Part shown: piece by piece, positions 21,794 through 31,501 of the stretch
Position numbering within the stretch: the stretch's first letter is position 1
How the letters are laid out: each line of letters starts with the position of its first letter
From: an uncultured Chthonomonadaceae bacterium
GTDB lineage: Bacteria > Armatimonadota > Chthonomonadetes > Chthonomonadales > Chthonomonadaceae
Assembly (NCBI GenBank): GCA_963835065.1
Contig: CAWIEK010000037.1
Location: 1 to 64,000 of the forward strand
Direction: 5' to 3'
Length of the DNA: 64,000 bases
Notes under the pieces: model-generated
What the model was told of the DNA's origin: nothing
The model's database searches: none
What the model saw: only the letters and a program-made list of their open reading frames with translations
Program-made: the position numbers and the translations under genes

Positions 21794-22717
21794 CTATTCC
21801 AACTTACGGCACGGAAACTTCGTTTTCCAGCCTATGGCCTCCAGAACGGTTTCAATTTTTTTCAGGTACTCGTCGTTTTCGGCTTTGACAAATACCATAA
21901 GCTTCTGCGCGTCGCTTGCAATGAGCGTTGCATACTCTCTATCATTTGAAAGCGCATAATTGATGTAGATACCGGAACTGCCATTGCCGGACTTATGATG
22001 CAAGTGAAACTGTGCGTCTTGTTCGCGGTGGGGCAATGCCCGATGTATCAGCAAGCGTTCAACAAAGTTAAAGTCGTCATTGTGCGGCAGGGCTTGATGC
22101 GCATATCTTGCCGGAATTTTATGTACGGTTGAGATATACGGGAACAATTCGGCTTTATGATGGTACAAAAGAGGGCTGACAACAAAGCCTCTTCGCCTTT
22201 CCGCTTCGATCTGCTTTAGCGGAACCTGCGCGTTTTGCGGACACAGCAGAATGCCTTGAAATGTGGCGCTCAACCCGAATGGAAAATGGGCCGTAAACTC
22301 CTCTCGAAGCCTGTCGCGCAGGTAAAGCATCTGCTCAATGCCGTGTTCCAAACCGTTTTCGGTTCTGCCCTTCATTTCAATGATGGTAAAAATGCAGTCG
22401 CGGCTCGTTTTGTAGAAGACAAGATAGTCCGGGCGGGGCTTGCTTTTGTCCGTGACAAGCGCGTCGGGGATACGGTCAATCTGAAATAGAATACAGAGCC
22501 TATCTGCGCGGGCTTCCCGGCTGATGCCGAACTGGACGCCACTTTCCGCCGGTACGCTCAACTGCTTCATGGGGCAAAACACAAGCAGGTTTTCCAGAAA
22601 GTTGAACGTCGTCCAGTCGAGTTTGTCCGGCTTGTTTTCCGCAAGTTCAAGGTAACTCGCTGCCTGCTTTTTGCGCTTTGCCACGCCGCGTGGTTCTCCC
22701 CTTTTCCGCGATTTCAA
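21794..22717 (-). CDS. Hypothetical protein with PD-(D/E)xK-like motif, partner of the AAA ATPase
   Basis: PRPDYLVFYK...IIEMKG...GIEQ; overlaps the ATPase 3' end. Confidence 0.65.
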   Translation of the reverse strand: MKSRKRGEPRGVAKRKKQAASYLELAENKPDKLDWTTFNFLENLLVFCPMKQLSVPAESGVQFGISREARADRLCILFQIDRIPDALVTDKSKPRPDYLVFYKTSRDCIFTIIEMKGRTENGLEHGIEQMLYLRDRLREEFTAHFPFGLSATFQGILLCPQNAQVPLKQIEAERRRGFVVSPLLYHHKAELFPYISTVHKIPARYAHQALPHNDDFNFVERLLIHRALPHREQDAQFHLHHKSGNGSSGIYINYALSNDREYATLIASDAQKLMVFVKAENDEYLKKIETVLEAIGWKTKFPCRKLE

Positions 22718-24118
22718 AATACTTTTGCTGCACGTCTACGGACACGTCGCTCAACGTGTCATAGCGTATTCCGAACTCTGCATCTTTCAGCGAGTGCAGG
22801 TAATGCTCCTGCTTCTCATTCGCGCGCATCTCATACGCGCTGACCTGATCCTCGCTTAAAAAAGCGCGCGGGTCTTTCAGGTACAGCGAGGTCGCCTGCT
22901 TCTTCTTCACGCTGTCGGAATGTTGTTCGCCCACAACCAGATTGTTCAGGTGCGACATGAAGTAAGGGCTGTGCGTCGTCAGCATCACGCGAACGCCCGC
23001 GTTCACCAGTATCGCCAGTATCTCCAGCAATTTCACCTGCGACTTCAGGATGCAGGTTCATTTCCGGCTCATCAATAATCAGCAGGTCGTTTTCCGCCGC
23101 CCGATAGCGCAGGTACAGCAACAGGGGCGCAAGCTGCTTGATGGAAGACGAGGCATTGTACAAATCAATAGACAACGCCTTGCTCACATGCACCATCAGT
23201 TCACTGCCGCCCAACGTCGTAGGCCGAAAAGCCGTCTGGTTGCCGCTCCTGAATATACCTTTCTATCTGACGCGCAACATCCGCAAAGTTGTCTTTTGCG
23301 CCCGTGCCATTCCGCCCGTTGCTAGAGGTAGATTTCGGCACTACTACTTTGCCATGTGAGAGTTCAATATCCGACAGCATCTCCAAAAAGTCTTCAATAG
23401 GCTGAGGATAGCGAATATCGCCTTGTTCTTGCAGCAGCCTCATTTGTAACTGCTGATTTTCGCGTTTACCAAAAAGTTCACGATCCCTATCTCGCAATAA
23501 ACTGAAGCGTTTGTTAAGAAGCATCTTGTACGTCAGTATGAAAGCATTTCGTTCAGCGGGAAGAACAACAGGACGTGAAAAAATAGTTTCGAGGAATTCA
23601 AAATGAAAACTGAACTGTAGGCCAAATAAATCTACTGCGCCGCTGTTTTCACCATCAGGGTTAATGACTTGGAAAGTAAGGTCATTGTCCTTGTAAGATG
23701 TTAGATAATTTGCTCCGTGAAAGTCTGTAAGATGCTTACCGTCAAAAGAGTTGAGATGTTGCCTTACTTCATCAGTTTGCATAGATAATTCGAAGGATGT
23801 GTCAGAAAACAGCTTACGACTTGAATCCTGATAAAATACCCCTAAATCGTTTCTAAACTGTGTGCAACCCTTTTTGCAAATGGCTGTGACAAGTTCGAAA
23901 AAATGTTCGTTCACTTCCATTACAGCATTGTCTCCTCTTTGCTGAAAGGGAAGAGAGGAAACTCTGTCTATTGCAATATTGGCTTGTTGCATTAAGCCAT
24001 AAACGGAGTAGGCAATATACGTCTTATTCGAGTTGTTGGGGCCGATGATGACGGTCAACGGCCTCAAATCCAACTCGGTTTCCTTGATCGTTCCCAAATT
24101 GTAGAATTTGATCTTCAA
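22647..24118 (-). CDS. ABC-type AAA_15/AAA_21 ATPase (two frameshifts, near 23210 and 23040)
   Basis: Walker A GPNNSNKT; LPAER; signature ASSSIKQL; IIDEPEMNLHP; TTHSPY spread across three ORFs. Confidence 0.88.
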
Positions 24119-24237
24119 ACGCGCTCTTCTCCCTTACGAATTGTTCCTCCGCGCCGAGTCGTGAACGACCCGTCTCATGGGTGTGCGGCCAGCCGGTCTG
24201 CGACCGGAAAACCCAGTTTCTTGAAAGCCCCTGATTC

Positions 24238-24310
24238 CTCCCCGTGTCCCCCGTGTTCCCCGTGGTTACTTTTCTTTGTCTCTCCGTGTTCTCCGTGCCC
24301 TCTGTGGTTC
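24238..24310 (-). repeat. 9-nt-period repeat module downstream of glcF
   Basis: Minus strand TAACCACGGGGAACACGGGGGACACGGGGAGG, identical to the glnE 3' copy. Confidence 0.85.
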
Positions 24311-25637
24311 ATCCCCGGTACGCCTCGTCCAGCAGTTCGACGGGGTGGCAGATGCGGACGTTGATGCCCGCGTCCTGCGCTCCCTGCTGTATCCACGCGA
24401 GACAGCCGGGATTGCCGGTTGCGATGATGGTCGCGCCGGTTTCGCGCAGGTTGGCGATTTTGCGGTCCAGCAGTTCGCGCGCCATTTTGGGCTGCGTGAT
24501 GTTGTACACGCCCGCGCTGCCGCAGCAGGTATCGGACTCGTCCATTTCCACGAACTTCACGCCGGGGATTTGCTGTAACAATTGGCGCGGCTGCAAGCGG
24601 ATTTTCTGGCCGTGCGCGAGATGGCAGGCGTCGTGGTAGGAAACCGTTGCGTTCAGGCTTTTGGTTGGCGGCACGATCCCGATTTTCATCAGCCACTCGC
24701 TCACGTCACAGCACTTGGCGGCAAACCGGCGGGCTTTTTCCGCGTACTCCACATCGTTTCGGAACAGGTCGCCGTACTCCTTCATCGTGGAACCGCACCC
24801 GGCGGAATTGATAATGATGGCGTCCAGTTCGTTCAGGTAGGGGGCGAAAGCGTCAATCAGCTTGCGGGCGCGGGCAAGGCCGTCGTCGTGGAAACCCGTG
24901 TGCAGGTGCAGCGCGCCGCAGCAGCCCGCCACTGTGGGCGCGACAACCTCGCAGCCATTGGCCTGCAAGACACGAATCGTCGCCTCGTTCGTCGTGCCGA
25001 AAAGGACGCGCATCACACACCCGGCGAGGATGCCAACCGTATAGCGCTTGGTTCCACTCGCGGGACTGCGTTCCGGAAGGTTATAAATTTTCACCTCGCC
25101 CTGCGGCTTCGGCAGGCTCACGGCTGCATCGGACGAACCCGACAGCAGTTTTGCCATGAAACCGGGCATTTTGCCGCCCGTCAATTTGCCGAGCAATCCA
25201 CCGACTGTCAGGGAAGCGAGCAGCCGCCTCGGATTGGTAAGCATGTTGAGGAACTGTTGGCGAGCGATGGACTGCGAACGGGGCCGTTTATGATCCTGCT
25301 CAATATGGGTTCGCGCCATTTCCAGTATCGAGCCGTATTCCACGCCGGACGGACAGGCGGTTTCGCAGGCGCGGCAGCCCAGGCACGAATCCAGCGCTTC
25401 CACGACATCGCTGTCGAACTGTATCACGCCTTCGCGCCATGACCGGACCAGATAAATGCGCCCGCGCGGGCTTTTGGTTTCCTGCCCGGTCAGGCGAAAC
25501 GTCGGGCAGGCATCCAGGCAAAACCCGCACCGGATGCACTTCATGGTTTTGTCTTCCAGCGCGTTGTCGTCCACCGCGTTGTGGCCGGTTCCGTTTGTCG
25601 CGGAGGGAGCGAAATGAGATTTGGTTTCAGTAGTCAT
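24309..25637 (-). CDS. glcF: Glycolate oxidase iron-sulfur subunit
   Basis: CIRCGFCLDACPT, SPRGRI, CLGCRACETACPSGV and two CCG domains (GCCGA; CCGSAGVYN). Confidence 0.9.
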   Translation of the reverse strand: MTTETKSHFAPSATNGTGHNAVDDNALEDKTMKCIRCGFCLDACPTFRLTGQETKSPRGRIYLVRSWREGVIQFDSDVVEALDSCLGCRACETACPSGVEYGSILEMARTHIEQDHKRPRSQSIARQQFLNMLTNPRRLLASLTVGGLLGKLTGGKMPGFMAKLLSGSSDAAVSLPKPQGEVKIYNLPERSPASGTKRYTVGILAGCVMRVLFGTTNEATIRVLQANGCEVVAPTVAGCCGALHLHTGFHDDGLARARKLIDAFAPYLNELDAIIINSAGCGSTMKEYGDLFRNDVEYAEKARRFAAKCCDVSEWLMKIGIVPPTKSLNATVSYHDACHLAHGQKIRLQPRQLLQQIPGVKFVEMDESDTCCGSAGVYNITQPKMARELLDRKIANLRETGATIIATGNPGCLAWIQQGAQDAGINVRICHPVELLDEAYRG

Positions 25638-25693
25638 GTTTTATTGTACCAGAGATAGAAACGGTTGGGTAATGTGGTTCGATGCGCCATTTT

Positions 25694-27637
25694 TTATGCC
25701 GCACACAAGCGTTCGACAATTTCCGCCGCAATAATGCGGACTTCTGGCGATAATTTTTCAAGTTCTGTTCTCTTACCTGTTAATACAGTATCCAAAGCAT
25801 AAGTCAGTGGAAGAAAAATATGTTCCATACCGGAGCTAGCAATTAATTCTCGAGCAAATTGAATTTTGCCGTTAAGGGCGACATGGAGCAGTACCTGAGT
25901 AGCTGTCGTATGCCAATCATCTCCCTCACCTTTTATTGTTAAAAAGCGTTGCCAGTCGTAAGCCATTTCCTGCGTATCATCTAAGTCTGCATCTACAAAT
26001 AGCCTGCAAAGGTAGATCATTTTCAGAGGAGCGGACAAACTACTCGGACTGCTTGCAAGCATAATGGCACAATCAAGTTCTTCTCTAGCTTGTTGATACT
26101 GTTCTTCCCCAATCAATGCAAATGCTCTCTGAAGCCTGACATGTGGGGCCATCAAAGCAGACACATCTTCTTGTTCAATACAGACTTTGGACTTATGAAC
26201 AAGTTGCTTCGGCAGGCGTTCATCTTTGAAATTGGACAACGCTGCCGCCAAAACGTCTATTTTTGTAACCTCCTTGTCGTTTATTTCAAGAAAGTCCGCA
26301 AGGATGCTGTTCATTTCGTGATTACAGGCGGGTTCACTCATTGCCTCTGCAACGTAAAAGCGTTGTTCAAGAATTTGACGCGCATTGCGAATCTGGTCGG
26401 ACCGCAAACAGGCATGAAAACGCGCTTTCAAACGTTTGCTCTCCGCCCCTAGTTCCGTTGCGTCATACCAGCTCTTAAGGAAGTTGACGAGCCACTGCAT
26501 TTTTTGACGGGCATTACGGCCAAACCGCATCTGATGCCAGATGGCATAGAGAGGTTCGGACAGGGTATAGAAAGCATTGCGCCCACGCAAGTTTGCGCTC
26601 CGCACATAGCTTTGCTCGGATAAACGTTTCAACTGGGTGCTGACTGCGTTTGGAGTTAGGCGAGTGGCTTCAGCGATTTGAGCAGGGGTTAAACCCTCGT
26701 GGGTTTCGCCACTAATTTTAGCGATGTAATCAAGGATTTTGCGCTGTTGTGGCGGCAGCCCTTCTAGCTTTGCTTTGTAGTAAGGTGTGACCTGATCAAG
26801 CAACTGTTCCAGTCCACGCTTCACATCCACCACTTCGGAACTGCTGATGATGCGGTACAGCATCAGGACAAGACGCGGATTGCCACCAGTAAAATATTCA
26901 AGGACCTTTAGGCGTGTCGGATTAGTCCGAAGAGTTTCTTCGAAATTCGGCATGGCGTCCAGTTCGGCGCGTTGCCGCAGCAGGTTCTGCATCTCCTCGA
27001 ATTTCAGGTTGTCAAGATGAATGATTTTGAAGAAGTTGTACAGCGGTTGGTTGTAGGCGCGGGCTTCGCGGAAAAACGTGGTCGCGCCGCCAATCAGCAT
27101 GAGCGTACCGTCGTTCATCAGGACGTTGCGCAGGCGCGCGTTTTCCTGCTCATCGTTGATCTGATTCAAAATCATGTCGAAGTTGTCCACCAGCAGCGCC
27201 AAACGCTTGCCATGCTGATGACACCAATCTTTGAGCAGAGCAAAGGCGGCTTCCTGAAGCTCGTCGTCCTTGCGAAACTCCCGCGCCAGTTCCTCGGCCT
27301 GCGCCTGCAATTGCGGCTCTTCGATCTCCTCGGCAAGCAGATGTAGGGTTTGCAGCCAGAAATCCGCAAGCGTGGTGATGCCATACGACTCTTCGGCAAA
27401 GCGCACCGTTTGCCAACCCGACGACAGGCCGCGATCCCGAACCGCAAACTGCATCATCAGCAGTATGGTTGTTTTGCCCATGCCACGCGGCGCGACAATT
27501 ACGACATGCTGAACGCCCGCGCCCTGTGGCTGACGCTCGACAAGCGCCATCAACTCGTCAATCACCTTTTGGCGAGCAACAAAGGTACGCTTAATTTCTT
27601 CTTCCGTCATATTGTCGGGGTTGTACAAATGTTCCAT
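25694..27637 (-). CDS. P-loop (STAND-like) ATPase with winged helix and helical/TPR-like C-terminus
   Basis: APRGMGKT, LLVDNFD, TGGNPRL, HTH (TPAQIAEATRL...STQLKRL), terminal LEKLSPEVR. Confidence 0.82.
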   Translation of the reverse strand: MEHLYNPDNMTEEEIKRTFVARQKVIDELMALVERQPQGAGVQHVVIVAPRGMGKTTILLMMQFAVRDRGLSSGWQTVRFAEESYGITTLADFWLQTLHLLAEEIEEPQLQAQAEELAREFRKDDELQEAAFALLKDWCHQHGKRLALLVDNFDMILNQINDEQENARLRNVLMNDGTLMLIGGATTFFREARAYNQPLYNFFKIIHLDNLKFEEMQNLLRQRAELDAMPNFEETLRTNPTRLKVLEYFTGGNPRLVLMLYRIISSSEVVDVKRGLEQLLDQVTPYYKAKLEGLPPQQRKILDYIAKISGETHEGLTPAQIAEATRLTPNAVSTQLKRLSEQSYVRSANLRGRNAFYTLSEPLYAIWHQMRFGRNARQKMQWLVNFLKSWYDATELGAESKRLKARFHACLRSDQIRNARQILEQRFYVAEAMSEPACNHEMNSILADFLEINDKEVTKIDVLAAALSNFKDERLPKQLVHKSKVCIEQEDVSALMAPHVRLQRAFALIGEEQYQQAREELDCAIMLASSPSSLSAPLKMIYLCRLFVDADLDDTQEMAYDWQRFLTIKGEGDDWHTTATQVLLHVALNGKIQFARELIASSGMEHIFLPLTYALDTVLTGKRTELEKLSPEVRIIAAEIVERLCAA

Positions 27638-27643
27638 TGCGCG

Positions 27644-28868
27644 CTATAAGAGCCTCAGTTTCCGATTTCCAGCGCATAATGCCGCAGCCACCAGTCCCGC
27701 AGCAGCTTGCAGGCGAACTCGTATTGCTGTGTGTTCGTCCTTGAAGGCAATATAAAAGTCGTTTTCCAGATTGGTCATCAGGATGTTAAACGCTTCTATG
27801 TCGGCCTGTTCGCCAAGTTCGGTACGGTAAAGGTGGTACACAGCGTCGCGCTTGAGCAGTACTGGTGACAGCAAGTTCGCGCAATAGGCGCTTGATGGCC
27901 TTTTCCTCATGGGGGCGGTAATAATCGCGCAGGCGGCCATAATAGTGATCGAAATACGTTTTGCAGTCCACGCCAAGCACTTTGTTCCGATAGATGCGCT
28001 CGATACTTTCCGGCGTAACAGGCTCTTCCTCCTGTACATACGTCTTATAAATTTCTGAAAACAGAATTTGGATGAAGTAAGGTACAAGCGTTCCCAACAG
28101 GTGCAGTATCTTTTCCTGACACTCTTCCGACAGTTCCATCTTGTGCCGTTCCGACAACGCGGCCAGAAACTGCCTTGCCGTTTTGGGCGTGAACGGTTCC
28201 AAACGCAACTGCTCAAAATCGTTGATAGAGGCTATTTCACCTAAATCGTTCAGCACTTGCCCGATGCCGATGGAACCCGCAATCAGAAAATGTACGTTTT
28301 TGATGTCCGGTGACAGGCGCAGTTTTCGCAGCCAGCGCAGCAGGGTTTTCGCTTCTTCCCGGTGTGTTTCCGAACGAGCCATGCGGTCAATCATCATCGG
28401 AAACTCGTCCAGTATGAACAGGACCGGATGAGACTGCGCGCTGAGTTTCTTGAACAAGTCCTCGCCCGCGCTTTGCCAATCCTGCTTCAGTTCGTCCCGC
28501 AACTTGATTTTGAATTTGAACGCTTCCAACTCAGAAAAGTTGGTCCGAAAAGCAGACCAGAGGTTTTTACGCAATCCACTCAGGCCACGTGCTATCTGCG
28601 TAAAGCGGCTATCATTCGCCAGTTGCACAACAAGTTCGGTCAGAAAGGTGGCGGCATCCGTAAGCGCTTCCAAATCCGCGTGGACGATCTTGTAATTATC
28701 GCGTGGCGCATCCATCAGGCGGTACATAACGCTTGTTTTGCCGAACCGTCGGGGCGCGGCAAGCAGCACATGCCCTGCCGCAACCTTCTGCCACACCAAC
28801 TCCACAAAACGTTCTCGCCCAAAACAATCCTTGCCCCGGACAGGCGTTCCAACGCGATTTTCAGCCAT
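27644..28868 (-). CDS. Archaeal-ATPase-like P-loop protein (frameshifts near the 3' end)
   Basis: CFGRE, APRRFGKT, FILDEFP, GSIG, PYFIQ; C-terminus continues in other frames (ILMTNLENDFY). Confidence 0.82.
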
Positions 28869-29007
28869 GCTTTCACCTCCTCTGATATACGACAGATTTG
28901 TTGTACAACAATCTTGTCGTATATGTCAAGCCTGAAACCGTTTACAGGCATATACGTAATAGCAGTGAAGACAAAGGCACGTCGAAAAACAAGGAGAACT
29001 CACGCTG

Positions 29008-29797
29008 TTGCCCATCATTGCCCTGCTTGCTATTCCGCTTACGAGCGTAAAAGGAGTTGCCGCGTTAGCGAACGACAAGCAGGCGCTCCATCGTCTTGAT
29101 GCCACATTGAACCCGCTATCGGACAAAAAAGCGTGGTTCGCAAAAGTGGAGCGGCAACTGCCGCCATCGCAAATACCCCTCTGGCAGCGATTGCAAAAGC
29201 AAGTTTCCGTCAACAGCAAGGCGTATGCCGAACTCAGCTTTATTCTCGCTTACTACGGCGTGGATTACGAGGCCAACTTGCGCCGCATCATGCGCCCCTA
29301 CCGCTTCTGGCAGCAAAATAGCGGGCGCGGCAAAGACTATCGTAAATACACGAAAGAGTATCCCGGCTACCCTGACGCCAATTGGGTTTCATGGGGCGGC
29401 ACGTGGTATGAATTGAGATCTGCTGTACCTCAAACGTCACGACCTCAAATCATTGAGCGTATGGCTGGAGCAAGGGCTGGATGGCTGCCCGAAAGAGGAC
29501 AGCGACGATGAATTGGGCGAACTCTGGAAGCGCCATAAGACCGATATGCTGCGGGCGGCGTATGGTTCCGATTTGCGCCTGAATGGACTGGCGGAGGCGC
29601 TTACCTTTAATTATGTCGGCAGCAGCGTGGTGACGGAAGACAGAAAAGCCGAACACCTGTTGCTGGCTGAACTTAATGGGTTGGAACATGCCAACGATCC
29701 AAAGGTTGCCTCTGCCGCGCATCAATTATATGGCAAAGTGAAAGCAAACGCTGACCAATGGATACGTCAGGTATCGGGCTGGAAACACAACAAGTAG
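29008..29797 (+). CDS. Secreted hypothetical protein (frameshift near 29420)
   Basis: Signal-like N-terminus; ORFs 29008-29511 and 29453-29797 are contiguous. Confidence 0.55.
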
Positions 29798-29816
29798 CCG
29801 TCTTCCGCTTTGCTGT

Positions 29817-30578
29817 TTATTTTGCTGACAGATTTGCTTTCACCGCCGCCTGTACGCCGACTGCCATTGCCGACGACAGGCGGTTTTGGCCGTCTTCGGA
29901 AGCGATTAACGCTTCGTCCTTGCGGTTGTCAAGGACGCACATTTCCACCAGAATCACCGGCACTTCCGCATAAATAGACCCTTCCAATGCGCCGCCGAGT
30001 TTGCCTCCAACGGCGGTTTGCGCGTCCGTGCGTACCCCGCGATTGTGCAGCGCGCCATGCAGGGATCGGATCAGAGCCGCGTGGAAAGCGCGGGCGCAGC
30101 GTCGGCTTGCGGCAATCACGTCCTCGCTCGGCCCCGTTTTACCCCGTATCGTGCCCTGTGCCGCCGGGTAAAACGTCGCAATCCCATTGTCGCCGCCCGA
30201 ATCGCAATGCAGCCGGATGAACAGGTCGGCATGGGCGCGGTTGGCAATCCGGGCGCGTTCGTCGTTGCCGACATTCGCGTTTTCGTCGTCCTTAGTCAAA
30301 ATCACCGTGTCGCCTTTCGCCTCCAACTCGGCTTTTAATTTTCCTGCCATCTGCCAGCACACCTGATACTCCCGCAAATGCAGGACTTTGCCCGACGCCC
30401 CGACTGTTTGCTTCGAGTGTCCCGGATCAATGCAGATCGTGTATTTCCCCTTGTTTGACTTTTCAGAGGATGAATTTGTCGGTTCATCGGCGCTTTGGCG
30501 CAGCGTATGCATTGCCGGCGCGGCCAATTGTAAACACAGCAATAACAGACAAGCGGGCAAATAATTGCGATATGGCAT
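29817..30578 (-). CDS. N-acetylmuramoyl-L-alanine amidase (Amidase_3)
   Basis: ICIDPGH, E, ERARIAN..ADLFIRLHCD, PVILVEM; signal peptide. Confidence 0.92.
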   Translation of the reverse strand: MPYRNYLPACLLLLCLQLAAPAMHTLRQSADEPTNSSSEKSNKGKYTICIDPGHSKQTVGASGKVLHLREYQVCWQMAGKLKAELEAKGDTVILTKDDENANVGNDERARIANRAHADLFIRLHCDSGGDNGIATFYPAAQGTIRGKTGPSEDVIAASRRCARAFHAALIRSLHGALHNRGVRTDAQTAVGGKLGGALEGSIYAEVPVILVEMCVLDNRKDEALIASEDGQNRLSSAMAVGVQAAVKANLSAK

Positions 30579-30704
30579 GATTGTTCCTTGAATACTTCGG
30601 ACACGATGTTTTCACGATTTCGGACACGCTTTCGGACATAGCCGAACGGTTATCCTGTATTAGCGTTCGAGTTTGTCTTTGATGCAGTGAAGGGAAGTGT
30701 GCGA

Positions 30705-31364
30705 ATGCGATTTCAACGAGCGGCGTGGGTGGCAATATGCCTTTCGTTTCTGTCTGCGCTGGCGTGTACGCCGATTGGGGCGCGTGAAGAAACTTCCTTT
30801 GAACGCTGGAAACACCTGGACGCGCGGGCGCAGGACGAAATACTGCGGCTTGCGCGGCGGGCGTTCGATGCCTACATTACCCAACGCGCTATCATTGCGC
30901 CATCGGACGCTGTATCTCCTTCCTCCCCCCTGCTGCAGCAGCGTACCGGCGTGTTCGTCAGCGCGATGCGACAGGGCGCTCCCCGTTGCTGCATGGGAAC
31001 ACTGTACCCGATGCAGCCCAACGCGGCTCTGGAAATCATCGAAAATGCCGTTGCCGCCGCGGGGCGTGACCGTCGTTTCGCGCCCATCAAACCGGGTGAA
31101 GCGAAATCCCTGACCCTTATTGTCAGCATCGTTGGCAAACCCGTTCCTATTTCCGCAAGCGAAGCCGCCAATTTAGACCCGACGCGCGAAGGTTTGGTCG
31201 TGAAAGCGGGAGACAGGCAGGGCGTCGTCTTGTCCGGCGAAACCGGGGAAGCCGCGCGGATGCTGCAATGGGGCCGAATACGCGCAGGCGCTCACGCCAA
31301 TTCCTCCGTCGAGTTGTTCCGGCTGGAAGATGTGCGCTTTGTCGAGCCGCAAAAAGTTAGGTGA
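30705..31364 (+). CDS. AMMECR1-domain protein with export signal
   Basis: ILRLARRA...GVFVS...PRCCMGT...AAAGRDRRFAPI...GLVVK; hydrophobic N-terminus ending LAC. Confidence 0.8.
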   Translation: MRFQRAAWVAICLSFLSALACTPIGAREETSFERWKHLDARAQDEILRLARRAFDAYITQRAIIAPSDAVSPSSPLLQQRTGVFVSAMRQGAPRCCMGTLYPMQPNAALEIIENAVAAAGRDRRFAPIKPGEAKSLTLIVSIVGKPVPISASEAANLDPTREGLVVKAGDRQGVVLSGETGEAARMLQWGRIRAGAHANSSVELFRLEDVRFVEPQKVR

Positions 31365-31501
31365 GCAGAGTTTCAGGGTGTTAGGTTTGTAGGTGGATAA
31401 GTTGCAATGGGGTTTGGCTTTGTATGTATTATTTGCGTTTATTCGCGTGTATTCGCGGCTAAATCCTCTTCTGTTCCCGATTTGCAGGCAAGGAGTTTGT
31501 T

